Below, in pieces: positions 36,967 to 46,636 of a DNA stretch of 64,000 bases. The position numbers and the translations under genes were made by a program. Origin of the DNA: an uncultured beta proteobacterium (GTDB taxonomy: Bacteria > Pseudomonadota > Gammaproteobacteria > Burkholderiales > SG8-41); assembly GCA_903889565.1 (NCBI GenBank), contig CAISYC010000012.1:52626-116625 (forward strand). The letters are read 5' to 3'. Each line of letters begins with the position of its first letter. Position 1 is the stretch's first letter. Under the pieces are notes generated by a model. It was given only the letters and a program-made list of their open reading frames with translations. It ran no database searches and was not told the origin of the DNA.

Positions 36967-37691
36967 CGCCACACATTCAGGTGCAGGGCAGCGGACCCGA
37001 TCTGGTGTTGCTGCACGGCTGGAGCATGAACGTCGCAGTGTGGCGGGGTCTGGCGACCGCACTCGCACGGGATTTTCGCGTGCATGCAGTGGATTTGGAC
37101 TCGTTTGCGATAACGCCAGCCGAATTAGCTGCGGCGCTGCCGGCACGCGTGACCGTGTGCGGCTGGTCGCTCGGCGGCCAGCTCGCGCTGGCGTGGGCAC
37201 AGCAGTTTCCGGCGCAGGTCGACCGGCTGGTCTTGCTGGCGACGACGCCGCGGTTTGTCGCTGCCGATGACTGGTTGCATGGCATGACTTCTCCTGAGTT
37301 CGAGGAATTCGCATCGGAAGTGGCCGACGATCCGCCGCGCGCGCGCATGCGTTTTCTCGCGCTGCAGGCGACCGGCGACGCGGCGGCACGGCTGGTGCTG
37401 CGTGATTTGCGCGAGGCGATTGCTGCCGGTCGCACAGCCGACGCTGCGGCGCTGGCGTCCGGTCTGGCGCGCTTGCGCGATACCGATCTGCGTCCGACAC
37501 TCGCGGCGATCGCGCAGCCCGCACTGGTCATGCACGGCGTCAACGACGGCGTGATTCCGCACGCGGCCGGCGAGTATCTCGCGCGCGTATTGCCGCAGGC
37601 GGCGTTCGAAAGCGTGGCCGGCGCCGGACACGCATTTTTTATCACGCGCGAAGCGGCCGTCGCGCGCAGCATCAGGACTTTTCATGAGTAA
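36963..37691 (+). CDS. bioH: Pimeloyl-[ACP] methyl ester carboxylesterase
   Basis: Alpha/beta hydrolase with LVLLHGWSMN and the nucleophile elbow GWSLGG. Positioned between bioF and bioC. Confidence 0.82.
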   Translation: MTPHIQVQGSGPDLVLLHGWSMNVAVWRGLATALARDFRVHAVDLDSFAITPAELAAALPARVTVCGWSLGGQLALAWAQQFPAQVDRLVLLATTPRFVAADDWLHGMTSPEFEEFASEVADDPPRARMRFLALQATGDAAARLVLRDLREAIAAGRTADAAALASGLARLRDTDLRPTLAAIAQPALVMHGVNDGVIPHAAGEYLARVLPQAAFESVAGAGHAFFITREAAVARSIRTFHE

Positions 37692-38562
37692 TACCGATCT
37701 CGCACTGGACAAGCGCCTCGTGCGCCTGGCGTTTGAACGCGCTGCACCTACCTACGATGCGGCGGCGGTATTGCAGCGCGAAGTCGGCGAACGCATGTTG
37801 TCGCGGCTCGATTATGTGCGGCAACAACCGGCGCGTATTCTCGACGCCGGTTGCGGCACCGGTGTTGCAACTGCCGCACTGCAGGCGCGTTATCCTGCCG
37901 CCGCCCTCTATGCGCTCGACCTTGCACTGTCGATGGCCAGTCGCGCACGCGCGCGCAGCGGCTGGCTGCAGCGCCTGCGCGGACGCGCGGCGCATGCCTT
38001 GTGCGCCGATATCGAGCAGTTGCCGTTGCGCGCGAAATCGGTCGATCTGTTGTGGTCGAACCTTGCGCTGCAATGGGTCAACGAACCGCTCAATGCATTC
38101 ACCGAATTCAGGCGCGTGTTGGCGCCCGGCGGTTTGCTCATGTTCAGCACCTTCGGGCCAGATACGCTCAAGGAACTGCGCGCAGCCTATGCGGAGAGCG
38201 ACCGACATACCCACGTCAATCGTTTCATCGATATGCACGATCTCGGCGATCAATTGCTCGCCGCCGGCTTTGCCGAACCGGTGATGGATATGGAGTGTCT
38301 GACGCTGACCTATGCCGATGTGCGTTCGCTGATGCGCGATCTTAAAGCGATCGGTGCGCACAATGTGACGCAGGGTCGCCCGCAGGGCATGAGCGCGCGC
38401 GCAACGCTGGCTGCGGTCGAGCGCAACTACGAACGCTGGCGTCACGATGGCCGTCTGCCGGCGACGTTTGAAGTGATCTACGGGCATGCATGGGCGCCGC
38501 AACCGCGCGTGACGCCGGATGGCCGGCCGGTGATCGAAATCAAGGCGGCGAAGCGGGGCTGA
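37684..38562 (+). CDS. bioC: Malonyl-[ACP] O-methyltransferase
   Basis: SAM motif ILDAGCGTG, YDAAAVLQREVGERML, and LQWV further on. Confidence 0.85.
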   Translation: MSNTDLALDKRLVRLAFERAAPTYDAAAVLQREVGERMLSRLDYVRQQPARILDAGCGTGVATAALQARYPAAALYALDLALSMASRARARSGWLQRLRGRAAHALCADIEQLPLRAKSVDLLWSNLALQWVNEPLNAFTEFRRVLAPGGLLMFSTFGPDTLKELRAAYAESDRHTHVNRFIDMHDLGDQLLAAGFAEPVMDMECLTLTYADVRSLMRDLKAIGAHNVTQGRPQGMSARATLAAVERNYERWRHDGRLPATFEVIYGHAWAPQPRVTPDGRPVIEIKAAKRG

Positions 38563-38566
38563 CGCG

Positions 38567-39265
38567 ATGGCGACACCGCGCGGATTTTTCATTACCGGCA
38601 CCGACACCGGCGTCGGTAAAACGCGCACGGCTTGTGCATTGTTGCGCGCGTTGCGGTCTGCCGGCATCCGCACGACCGCGATGAAACCGGTCGCCGCCGG
38701 CGCAGTGACCGACGCGCAGGGGCTGCTTAACGAAGATGTTGCGGCGCTGATCGCCGCCGGCGCGCTGACGGCGCCGCGCGCTCTGATCAATCCGTATTGT
38801 TTCGCGCCCGCCATCGCGCCGCATATCGCTGCAGCGAAAACCGGCGTGGCGATCGATCTCGAGGTGATCGCACGCGCCTTCGAATCGCTGGCGGTCGGCG
38901 CGGAATGCGTCGTGGTTGAAGGTGCCGGCGGATTCTGCGTGCCGCTCGGCGACACGATCGACGGCGGTGATCTCGCGCAGCGACTTGGCCTGCCGGTGAT
39001 CCTGGTGGTGGGACTGCGACTCGGTTGTCTGAACCACGCGCTACTGACGGCGCAGGCAATTCGCGTGCGCGGGCTCGCACTGGCCGGCTGGATCGCCAAT
39101 CACATCGATCCCGCGATGCCGGTGCTGCAAGAAAATGTCGCCGCACTGATCGAACGGCTCGATGCGCCATTGCTTGCAGAGTTCACGTACACGCCGGAAA
39201 CGATGGCCGCGCAAATCAACTGTCAATTTAACCTGACGCAACTCGGCATCGCGCGCGTGCGCTGA
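38567..39265 (+). CDS. bioD: Dethiobiotin synthase (ATP-dependent)
   Basis: FFITGTDTGVGKT P-loop and VVVEGAGGF. Confidence 0.9.
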   Translation: MATPRGFFITGTDTGVGKTRTACALLRALRSAGIRTTAMKPVAAGAVTDAQGLLNEDVAALIAAGALTAPRALINPYCFAPAIAPHIAAAKTGVAIDLEVIARAFESLAVGAECVVVEGAGGFCVPLGDTIDGGDLAQRLGLPVILVVGLRLGCLNHALLTAQAIRVRGLALAGWIANHIDPAMPVLQENVAALIERLDAPLLAEFTYTPETMAAQINCQFNLTQLGIARVR

Positions 39266-39635
39266 TTGCCGCGCATGATTTTTTTCAAACACGGTGATTG
39301 CGCGCAGAACAGCGCTGAATTCACCCTTTAATTCCGAGCATTATCGACGGGTATTCGGTTGCCTGCCGGTGCTCGCCTGTGATAAATTCGAGGCGATTTT
39401 TTCGGATGTTCGTGCTCCTCTCCCCCCAAGAGCAAACAACCAACGGGGCGGTATTTGTATTCTGCGGAGATGGTTGTTCCGTCAGCATGCGATATCGTTC
39501 GTACAGATGCAGTTTTGAAGCGGAACGGTTGCGGTTCTGTTTCGGCAGGCTTCCCGAGTTGCGGGTGGTCGCGATCTGGCGAGCGAATGTGGGCAAGGCT
39601 TCCCATGGGAATTTAACGCACCGTTGGAGTGAAGC

Positions 39636-40700
39636 ATGATCAGTAAGTGGGCACGGTATTTCCTGGCGGCATTGATCCCGGCGCTGACGCCGGCCGTGGC
39701 GGGCGCGGAAGGTTACAACCTGCAAGCGCCGCAAACCATCATTGCGCATGAAATCTATGATTTGCACACCCTGATCTTCCTGATCTGCTGCGCGATCTTC
39801 GTTGCGGTGTTCGGGACCATGACTTACTCGATCATCAAGCACCGCAAATCGGTCGGCCACAAGGCTGAACAGTTTCACGAAAACACCCTGGTCGAAATCA
39901 TCTGGACCATCGTGCCGTTCATCATTTTGATCGGCATGGCCATTCCGGCAACGAAGACGATCCTGGCGATGAAGGATACGTCCAACCCCGATTTGACGAT
40001 CAAAGCCACCGGCTATCAATGGAAGTGGGGCTACGATTACCTGCACGAAGGCGTGAGTTTTTACAGTTCGCTGGCGACACCGCGCGATCTGGTTGAAGAC
40101 AAAACCCCCGACGGCGCCAGGAAGCGCGCAGAGCACGCCAACTACCTGCTCGAAGTCGATCATCCGGTGGTCGTGCCGATCGGCAAGAAAATCCGCATGA
40201 TTGTCACCGCGAACGACGTGATTCACGCCTGGTGGGTGCCCGCCTTCGGCGTCAAGCAGGACGCCATCCCCGGTTTTGTCCGCGACACCTGGTTCCGTGT
40301 CGACAAGCCCGGCACCTATCGCGGGCAGTGCGCTGAGTTGTGCGGCAAGGAACACGGCTTCATGCCGATCGTGGTCGAGGCCTTGGAGCCGGAGAAATTC
40401 GCGCTGTGGCTGGCTGAACAGAAGAAATTGACGGCCGCCAACGCAATGGCCTCGGGTTCGCTCGACGGCAAGGGCGTCTACGACAAGATCTGCGTGGCTT
40501 GTCACGCGGCGGGCGTTGCAGGCGCGCCGAAGTTCGGCGACAAGGCGGCCTGGGCGCCGCGCCTCAAACAGGGTCAGGAAGTGCTCTACACGCATGCGCT
40601 GCATGGCTTCAAGGCGATGCCGCTTAAGGGTGGCGCGACCGATCTGCCGGATGAGCAGATCAAGGCGGCGGTGGATTATCTTTCGGCGGCCGGCAAATAA
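39636..40700 (+). CDS. ctaC: Cytochrome c oxidase subunit II with fused C-terminal cytochrome c domain
   Basis: CuA site DVIHAWWVPAFG...CAELCGKEHGFM and a C-terminal CVACH haem c motif. Confidence 0.92.
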   Translation: MISKWARYFLAALIPALTPAVAGAEGYNLQAPQTIIAHEIYDLHTLIFLICCAIFVAVFGTMTYSIIKHRKSVGHKAEQFHENTLVEIIWTIVPFIILIGMAIPATKTILAMKDTSNPDLTIKATGYQWKWGYDYLHEGVSFYSSLATPRDLVEDKTPDGARKRAEHANYLLEVDHPVVVPIGKKIRMIVTANDVIHAWWVPAFGVKQDAIPGFVRDTWFRVDKPGTYRGQCAELCGKEHGFMPIVVEALEPEKFALWLAEQKKLTAANAMASGSLDGKGVYDKICVACHAAGVAGAPKFGDKAAWAPRLKQGQEVLYTHALHGFKAMPLKGGATDLPDEQIKAAVDYLSAAGK

Positions 40701-40745
40701 ACCGCACGCCGACCGAAACCAACACGGATATCGCAGGAGAGCGCA

Positions 40746-42347
40746 ATGGAAGCAGCAACGCACGCAGAAGCAGCACACGGTCACGCCCACGGTCATGACG
40801 ATCACGCCCACCACCCTTCGGGGCTGATGCGCTGGGTTACGACGACCAATCACAAGGACATCGGCACGCTCTATCTGCTGTTCAGCCTGACGATGTTCTT
40901 CATCGGCGGTCTGCTCGCCTTCGGCATCCGCGCGGAACTGTTCCAGCCCGGCTTGCAATACTGGGAGCCCGAGTTCTTCAACCAGCTCACCACCATGCAC
41001 GGCCTGATCATGGTGTTCGGCGCGATCATGCCGGCCTTCGTCGGCTTCGCCAACTGGCAGATTCCGATGATGATCGGCGCGCCCGACATGGCGTTTGCGC
41101 GGATGAACAACTGGAGCTTCTGGCTGTTGCCGCCGGCGGCGATTCTGCTGGTCTCCTCATTCTTCGTGCCCGGCGGCGCGCCGGCCGGCGGCTGGACCAT
41201 CTACGCGCCGCTGTCGACGCAGATGGGGCCCGGCATGGACCTCGGCATTTTCGCGCTGCATATCATGGGCGCCTCGTCGATCATGGGCTCGATCAACATT
41301 GTGACGACGATTCTGAACATGCGCGCGCCCGGCATGACGCTGATGAAAATGCCGCTGTTCGTGTGGACCTGGCTGATTACCGCCTATCTGCTGATCGCCG
41401 TCATGCCGGTGCTTGCCGGTGCGATCACGATGATTCTGACCGACCGTCACTTCGGCACCAACTTCTTCAACGCGGCCGGCGGCGGCGACCCCGTCATGTT
41501 CCAGCATATTTTCTGGTTCTTCGGGCACCCCGAGGTCTACATCATGATTCTGCCGGCGTTCGGCATCGTCTCGCAGGTGATCCCGGCCTTCGCGCGGAAG
41601 CCGCTGTTCGGTTACGCCTCGATGGTCTACGCGACTTCATCGATCGCGATCCTGTCGTTCATCGTCTGGGCGCACCACATGTTCACCACCGGCATGCCGG
41701 CGGCGGGCCAGCTGTTCTTCATGTTCGCCACCATGCTCATCGCGGTGCCGACGGGCGTGAAAGTGTTCAACTGGATCGCGACCATGTGGAAGGGCTCGAT
41801 GACATTCGAGACGCCGATGCTGTTTGCCTGCGGCTTCCTGTTCGTGTTTTCGATGGGCGGCTTTACCGGCCTCGTCTGCGCGATCACGCCGATCGACATC
41901 CAGATCCAGGATACCTATTATGTGGTGGCGCACTTCCACTATGTTCTGGTGGCGGGCTCCCTGTTCGCGATCTTCTCCGGCACCTATTTCTGGCTGCCGA
42001 AGTGGACCGGCCACATGTACAGCGAAACACTTGGCAAGGCGCACTTCTGGCTGTCGCTTGTTTTCTTCAACGTCACGTTCTTCCCGATGCACTTCCTGGG
42101 GCTGGCCGGCATGCCGCGCCGTATCCCCGACTATGCGCTGCAGTTCGCCGACTTCAACATGATCGCCTCGATCGGTGCGCTGGGCTTCGGCTTGTCGCAG
42201 TTGCTGTTCGTCGCCGCCATCATCAAGTGCGCGCGCGGCGGAGAGAAGGCGCCGGCCAAGCCGTGGGAGGGCGCGGACACGCTCGAATGGACGCTGCCGT
42301 CGCCGGCGCCGTACCATTCGTTTGAAACGCCGCCGGTCATCAAGTAA
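40746..42347 (+). CDS. ctaD: Cytochrome c oxidase subunit I
   Basis: 533 aa: TTNHKDIGTLYL, WFFGHPEVYI, HHMFT, and 12 transmembrane segments. Confidence 0.95.
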   Translation: MEAATHAEAAHGHAHGHDDHAHHPSGLMRWVTTTNHKDIGTLYLLFSLTMFFIGGLLAFGIRAELFQPGLQYWEPEFFNQLTTMHGLIMVFGAIMPAFVGFANWQIPMMIGAPDMAFARMNNWSFWLLPPAAILLVSSFFVPGGAPAGGWTIYAPLSTQMGPGMDLGIFALHIMGASSIMGSINIVTTILNMRAPGMTLMKMPLFVWTWLITAYLLIAVMPVLAGAITMILTDRHFGTNFFNAAGGGDPVMFQHIFWFFGHPEVYIMILPAFGIVSQVIPAFARKPLFGYASMVYATSSIAILSFIVWAHHMFTTGMPAAGQLFFMFATMLIAVPTGVKVFNWIATMWKGSMTFETPMLFACGFLFVFSMGGFTGLVCAITPIDIQIQDTYYVVAHFHYVLVAGSLFAIFSGTYFWLPKWTGHMYSETLGKAHFWLSLVFFNVTFFPMHFLGLAGMPRRIPDYALQFADFNMIASIGALGFGLSQLLFVAAIIKCARGGEKAPAKPWEGADTLEWTLPSPAPYHSFETPPVIK

Positions 42348-42349
42348 CA

Positions 42350-42442
42350 ATGGTGATCGTGTCGCCCAAACTGAAGACCGCGCTGCTGCTGGCGTCGGTC
42401 GCGCTGTTCTTTTTCATCTGCGTCATCATCCGACACTGGTAA
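42350..42442 (+). CDS. 30-aa single-transmembrane micro-protein between ctaD and ctaG (cytochrome oxidase small assembly protein-like)
   Basis: Not in the ORF track because it is under 60 aa. ATG lies 3 nt after the ctaD stop. The product is MVIVSPKLKTALLLASVALFFFICVIIRHW. Its TAA overlaps the ctaG ATG (TAATG). Confidence 0.55.
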   Translation: MVIVSPKLKTALLLASVALFFFICVIIRHW

Positions 42443-42981
42443 TGGTCAGCATCCCGCAACTGAATCTGCACACGATGCGCAAACTGCTCATCGTGTCGGT
42501 GGCGATGTTCGGCTTCGGCTTCGCACTGGTGCCTTTTTACAAGAAGATCTGCGAGGTCACCGGCGTCAACCGGCTGTTCAAGCCGGATGACATCGCCAAC
42601 ACCCAGATCGAATCCGCGCGCACCGTGACCATCGAGTTCGACTCCAACCTGCGCAGCGCGCTGCCGTGGACGTTCAAGCCGCTGCAGACCAATGTGCAGA
42701 TCCATCCGGGCGAGTTGACCACAATTATTTACGAGATCCGCAACAACTCGGATCGCGCCATCACTGGGCAGGCGATCCCCAGTTACGGGCCGCAGCTGGC
42801 GCAGCAATATTTCAAGAAAATCGATTGTTTCTGTTTTACCCAGCAGACCCTGCAGCCGGGCGAATCACGCCGCATGCCGGTGGTGTTCGTGATCGAGTCG
42901 GGACTGCCTGCTGAAGTGAACACGATTACGCTGTCGTATTCGTTTTTCGAAGTCGAGGGCGCCGCGCGCAAGGCGGGTTGA
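42442..42981 (+). CDS. ctaG: Cytochrome c oxidase assembly protein CtaG/Cox11
   Basis: Taken from MVSIPQLNLHTMRKLLIVSVAMFGFGFALVPFYKKICEVTG...CFCFTQQTL. The upstream part of the track ORF is rejected. Confidence 0.88.
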   Translation: MVSIPQLNLHTMRKLLIVSVAMFGFGFALVPFYKKICEVTGVNRLFKPDDIANTQIESARTVTIEFDSNLRSALPWTFKPLQTNVQIHPGELTTIIYEIRNNSDRAITGQAIPSYGPQLAQQYFKKIDCFCFTQQTLQPGESRRMPVVFVIESGLPAEVNTITLSYSFFEVEGAARKAG

Positions 42982-42985
42982 CGGC

Positions 42986-43189
42986 ATGAGCGACGCGCAG
43001 AAGCCGAAAGCGACGCCGTTGCAGGTTGCAAAAGCCGTGTTCTGGTCGTTTTTCGGCGTGCGCAAGCGCGCCGAGTACGAAAAGGATGCGGTCAGTCTGA
43101 CCCTGTTGCAGGTCGTGGTGGCCGGCATCATCGGGGCGATTGTTTTTGTGTTGAGTCTGGTCGCGCTGGTGCGTTATATCACCAGCTGA
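42986..43189 (+). CDS. DUF2970-like small membrane protein
   Basis: 67 aa: VAKAVFWSFFGVRKRAEYEKD plus a C-terminal transmembrane segment. Usual position between ctaG and ctaE. Confidence 0.7.
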   Translation: MSDAQKPKATPLQVAKAVFWSFFGVRKRAEYEKDAVSLTLLQVVVAGIIGAIVFVLSLVALVRYITS

Positions 43190-43225
43190 AGAAACGTAAC
43201 TTAGGGCAATGAGGGAGAAAGCATC

Positions 43226-44074
43226 ATGTTGAACCAGTCTGCGCGTTATTTTGTTCCGGATCCGTCGCACTGGCCGATTTTCGGTTCGTTCGCATTGCTC
43301 AGCATGGCGTCGGGTGCCGCGCTGTGGATGAACGATGCGAGCTGGGGCAAATTCGTGCTGATCGCCGGTGTCTGTATCCTGTTTTTCATGATGTTCGGCT
43401 GGTTCGGTTCGGTCGCCCGCGAAAGCGAAGGCGGCCAGTACAACCAGCAGGTCGATTCCGGTTTTCGCTGGGGCATGGGCTGGTTCATTTTCTCGGAAGT
43501 GATGTTCTTCGCCGCTTTCTTCGGCGCGCTTTTCTACATGCGTGTGCTGTCGGTGCCCTGGCTCGGCGACATCGACAACAAGCTGATCTGGCCCGACTTC
43601 TCCGCGCACTGGCCGACTGCGGGCCCCGGCATTTCCGAAGTCTTCACGCCGATGGCCGCGTGGGGCGTGCCGGCGATCAATACGCTGATTCTGCTGACCT
43701 CGGGCGTCACCGTCACCATCGCGCATTGGGGGCTGCTGAAAAACAACCGCACACAACTGATCGTCGGCCTTGCGCTGACCATTCTGCTCGGCATGACCTT
43801 CCTTTATCTGCAGGCGACCGAGTACCACGAGGCTTACACCGACCTCAACCTGAAACTCACGACCGGTGCCTACGGCGCGACCTTCTTCATGCTGACCGGT
43901 TTTCACGGCTTTCACGTCACTGTCGGCACGCTGATGCTGATCGTGATCCTCGGCCGCAGCATGGCCGGCCACTTCACCGCCGAGCATCATTTCGGTTTCG
44001 AGGGCGTGGCCTGGTACTGGCACTTCGTGGACGTGGTCTGGTTGCTGCTGTTCATTCTCGTCTATTGGCTGTAA
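43226..44074 (+). CDS. ctaE: Cytochrome c oxidase subunit III
   Basis: 282 aa, seven transmembrane segments, FFMLTGFHGFHVTVG...WYWHFVDVVWL. Confidence 0.92.
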   Translation: MLNQSARYFVPDPSHWPIFGSFALLSMASGAALWMNDASWGKFVLIAGVCILFFMMFGWFGSVARESEGGQYNQQVDSGFRWGMGWFIFSEVMFFAAFFGALFYMRVLSVPWLGDIDNKLIWPDFSAHWPTAGPGISEVFTPMAAWGVPAINTLILLTSGVTVTIAHWGLLKNNRTQLIVGLALTILLGMTFLYLQATEYHEAYTDLNLKLTTGAYGATFFMLTGFHGFHVTVGTLMLIVILGRSMAGHFTAEHHFGFEGVAWYWHFVDVVWLLLFILVYWL

Positions 44075-44105
44075 GCGGGCGCGATCGGCGGCAGGCCGGT
44101 TAAAA

Positions 44106-44139
44106 TGAAAAACGCCGCACTGGATGCGGCGTTTTTTTT
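44106..44139. terminator. Bidirectional rho-independent terminator between ctaE and the DUF2909-like gene
   Basis: 9-bp stem AACGCCGCA / TGCGGCGTT with a 5-nt loop. An A-rich run lies upstream and T8 downstream. Confidence 0.8.
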
Positions 44140-44161
44140 GAATCTTCCGGCGTGCCGGCAG

Positions 44162-44356
44162 TCAGATCTTGGACGGAATGAAGCCGAAGTGAAAACCGAG
44201 CATCAGCATCGCGAACAGGGCGATCGAGAAAACAACGCGCCAGGTCAGCGCGCGCACCGTGCGCGTTGATGCGCCGCGGTCCTTGACCATGAAAAACAGC
44301 GCCGAGGCGAGGCTGCCGATAATCAGCGCAATGAACAGAAAGACGAAAATTTTCAT
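44162..44356 (-). CDS. Twin-transmembrane-helix small protein (DUF2909-like)
   Basis: 64 aa from the ATG at 44356: MKIFVFLFIALIIGSLASALFFMV..RVVFSIALFAMLMLGFHFGF. Typical of cox clusters. Confidence 0.7.
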   Translation of the reverse strand: MKIFVFLFIALIIGSLASALFFMVKDRGASTRTVRALTWRVVFSIALFAMLMLGFHFGFIPSKI

Positions 44357-44395
44357 GTCTGCGAGTGTAGCCCAGAGCCGCGGGGTCTGCCACCG

Positions 44396-45094
44396 ATGAG
44401 CGGCGTCAGAGCGTGGATGCCTGCGGTCGCCGCCGTCGCAGGAATCGCGCTGACGGTGGCGCTCGGCTTCTGGCAACTCGGCCGTGGCGACGAAAAGGCG
44501 GCACTGGCCGCGCGCCTGAAGGAGGCGCAGACCGGGCCGTTGATTGCGATGTCATCGGCCGAAGTCGCTGCCGGCGACATCGCGTGGAGGCGTGTCGAGG
44601 TGCGCGGCCGCTTTGCTCCCGAGTACGCCGTATTGATCGACAACCGGGTACTGCACGGCACACCCGGCTATCACGTCGTGACGCCGCTCAAAATCGATGG
44701 CGGCGATCGTTACGTGCTGGTCAACCGCGGCTGGATCGCCGCTGCCCCCGACCGCCGCTCGATGCCTGAGGTCGTAACGCCGGCCGGACCGCAGCGCATT
44801 ACCGGTCTCGCCGTGGTGCCGGCATCGCACCAGTTCGAATTATCGACCAAGGTGGCCGACGGCAATGTCTGGCAGAACCTCACGCTCGAGCGTTATCGCG
44901 CCACCGTCGCCATCCCGATCCAGGCGGTCGTGGTGCAGCAGGACAGCGAACTGAACGACGGCCTTAGGCGGGAGTGGGGCGAGGCGGGGCCGAGTCCCGA
45001 CCGCAATTACGGTTACGCTTTTCAATGGTTCGCGATGGCCGCCGCGATCCTGATTTATTTTGTGGTGACCCGTGTCAGAAAACGCGCCGCGTAA
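44396..45094 (+). CDS. SURF1 family cytochrome oxidase biogenesis protein
   Basis: N- and C-terminal transmembrane segments, FWQLGRG..K, PGYHVVTPL, VLVNRGWI, NYGYAFQWF. Confidence 0.85.
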   Translation: MSGVRAWMPAVAAVAGIALTVALGFWQLGRGDEKAALAARLKEAQTGPLIAMSSAEVAAGDIAWRRVEVRGRFAPEYAVLIDNRVLHGTPGYHVVTPLKIDGGDRYVLVNRGWIAAAPDRRSMPEVVTPAGPQRITGLAVVPASHQFELSTKVADGNVWQNLTLERYRATVAIPIQAVVVQQDSELNDGLRREWGEAGPSPDRNYGYAFQWFAMAAAILIYFVVTRVRKRAA

Positions 45095-45644
45095 CCGTAC
45101 CGCGCTCTGGTTGATCGCGCTGCTGTGCGTGGCGCCGGTGGCCGCCTCGTATTACGTCTTTTATTTTTCGGCGCCCGCCGCCCGCGTCAACTACGGCGAC
45201 TTGATAGAAACGCGTCCGCTCCCGGTCGAGCGGCTGCAGCTGGCCGACGGCGCCGAATTCACGATCGAGCGCCTGCGCGGGAAATGGGTGCTGCTGATGG
45301 TGGATGACGGCGCCTGCGCCGCACGCTGCCGCGACAAGCTGTTCAAGCTGCGCCAGCTGCGCCTCGCGCAGGGCAAGGACATGTCGCGCATGGAGCGCGC
45401 CTGGCTGATCGTCGATGCGGCAACACCCGCCGCCGACCTCATGGCGCCCTACGAAGGCACATGGCTGGTGCGCGGGGGCAGCAGCGCGCTGCTCAAGGCG
45501 CTGCCCGCGAGCGGTACTCCCGCCGACCACATCTACCTGGTGGATCCGCTGGGCAACCTGGTGCTGCGTTACACCTACGATGCCGATCCCTCGCGCATCA
45601 TCAAGGATCTGACACGGTTGCTGAAAACCTCCGGCATCGGCTGA
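45072..45644 (+). CDS. Membrane-anchored thioredoxin/Sco-like protein with CxxxC (cytochrome-oxidase-cluster associated)
   Basis: GTG start overlapping the SURF1 end. N-terminal transmembrane segment. [17 protein letters not shown] (C-x3-C), then [14 protein letters not shown], resembling a Sco/TlpA fold. Confidence 0.55.
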   Translation: MSENAPRNRTALWLIALLCVAPVAASYYVFYFSAPAARVNYGDLIETRPLPVERLQLADGAEFTIERLRGKWVLLMVDDGACAARCRDKLFKLRQLRLAQGKDMSRMERAWLIVDAATPAADLMAPYEGTWLVRGGSSALLKALPASGTPADHIYLVDPLGNLVLRYTYDADPSRIIKDLTRLLKTSGIG

Positions 45645-45729
45645 GCGGGGCCGCCGAGGAATACGGCGCAACGGTTTTGCCGGGGCCGGGCCGAGTGTTA
45701 AAATCTGCGCTTTCCAGCGAATCCATCCG

Positions 45730-46632
45730 ATGACCACGCTCACCTGGCAACAGACCTCAGTGCGCTTTGCGCAGTTCCTGGCCCTGACCAAGCCGCGGGT
45801 GGTGTCGCTGATCGTCTTCTGTGCGGTCATCGGCATGTTCCTCGCGGTGCCGCCGGCCGTGATGGATCTGCACTTTGCATACACGGTGATTGCGGCCACC
45901 ATCGGCATCGGTCTCGTCGCCGGCGCGGCCGCCGCATTCAATTGTCTGGTCGAGCAGAAAATCGACGCCATCATGGCGCGCACGCGCGCGCGCCCCTTGC
46001 CGCGCGGTGAACTGACGCCCCCCGAGACCATCGTATTTTCCGGCATCGTCGGTGGCATCGGACTTTGGGTGTTGAACTACGAGGTCAACGCTCTGACCAT
46101 GTGGTTGACGCTGGCAACCTTCGTCGGCTACGCCGTGGTCTACACCGTGCTGCTCAAGCCGATGACGCCGCAAAACATCGTCATCGGCGGCGCCTCCGGC
46201 GCGATGCCGCCGGTACTCGGCTGGGCCGCTGTTACCGGCGATGTGCCCTACCAGGCGCTGCTGCTTTTTCTGATCATCTTTGCGTGGACGCCGCCGCATT
46301 TCTGGGCGCTCGCGCTCTACCGCAAACACGAATACGCCAAGGCCGGCGTGCCGATGCTGCCGGTGACGCACGGCGACAGCTTCACCAAACTGCACGTGCT
46401 GCTCTACACCGTCATTCTGTCGGCGGTGACGCTGATGCCGTTTGCGACGCGCATGTGCGGGCTGTTTTACGTTGTCTCGGCGGTTTTGCTCGATGCCGTC
46501 TTTCTGTATTACGCGATCCGCGTTTACCGCAACTACAGCGATCAGATTGCGCGCACGACCTTTCGTTATTCGATTCTGTACCTGATGCTGTTGTTTACCG
46601 CGCTGCTGATTGACCACTGGTTTGTGGCCTAG
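45730..46632 (+). CDS. ctaB: Protohaem IX farnesyltransferase (haem O synthase)
   Basis: [50 protein letters not shown]. Confidence 0.92.
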   Translation: MTTLTWQQTSVRFAQFLALTKPRVVSLIVFCAVIGMFLAVPPAVMDLHFAYTVIAATIGIGLVAGAAAAFNCLVEQKIDAIMARTRARPLPRGELTPPETIVFSGIVGGIGLWVLNYEVNALTMWLTLATFVGYAVVYTVLLKPMTPQNIVIGGASGAMPPVLGWAAVTGDVPYQALLLFLIIFAWTPPHFWALALYRKHEYAKAGVPMLPVTHGDSFTKLHVLLYTVILSAVTLMPFATRMCGLFYVVSAVLLDAVFLYYAIRVYRNYSDQIARTTFRYSILYLMLLFTALLIDHWFVA

Positions 46633-46636
46633 CGCG

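Noticed and set aside
37672-39099. 475-aa minus-strand ORF opposite bioC and bioD.
   Set aside because: Antisense shadow ORF with a low-complexity Ala/Arg/Ser/Pro composition.
39266-39635. 370-bp bioD-ctaC intergenic region, including a 74-aa ORF (39294-39518) and a T7 run after a weak hairpin near 39250-39287.
   Set aside because: The ORF has no ribosome-binding site and an implausible composition. I found no tRNA-like or riboswitch-like structure and no clear FNR-type palindrome. The hairpin stem is only about 5 bp, so a terminator call would be weak. This is probably just the promoter/leader for the cox operon.
39321-41000. 559-aa minus-strand ORF opposite ctaC and the start of ctaD.
   Set aside because: Antisense to cytochrome oxidase genes that have exact cofactor motifs. 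A shadow ORF.
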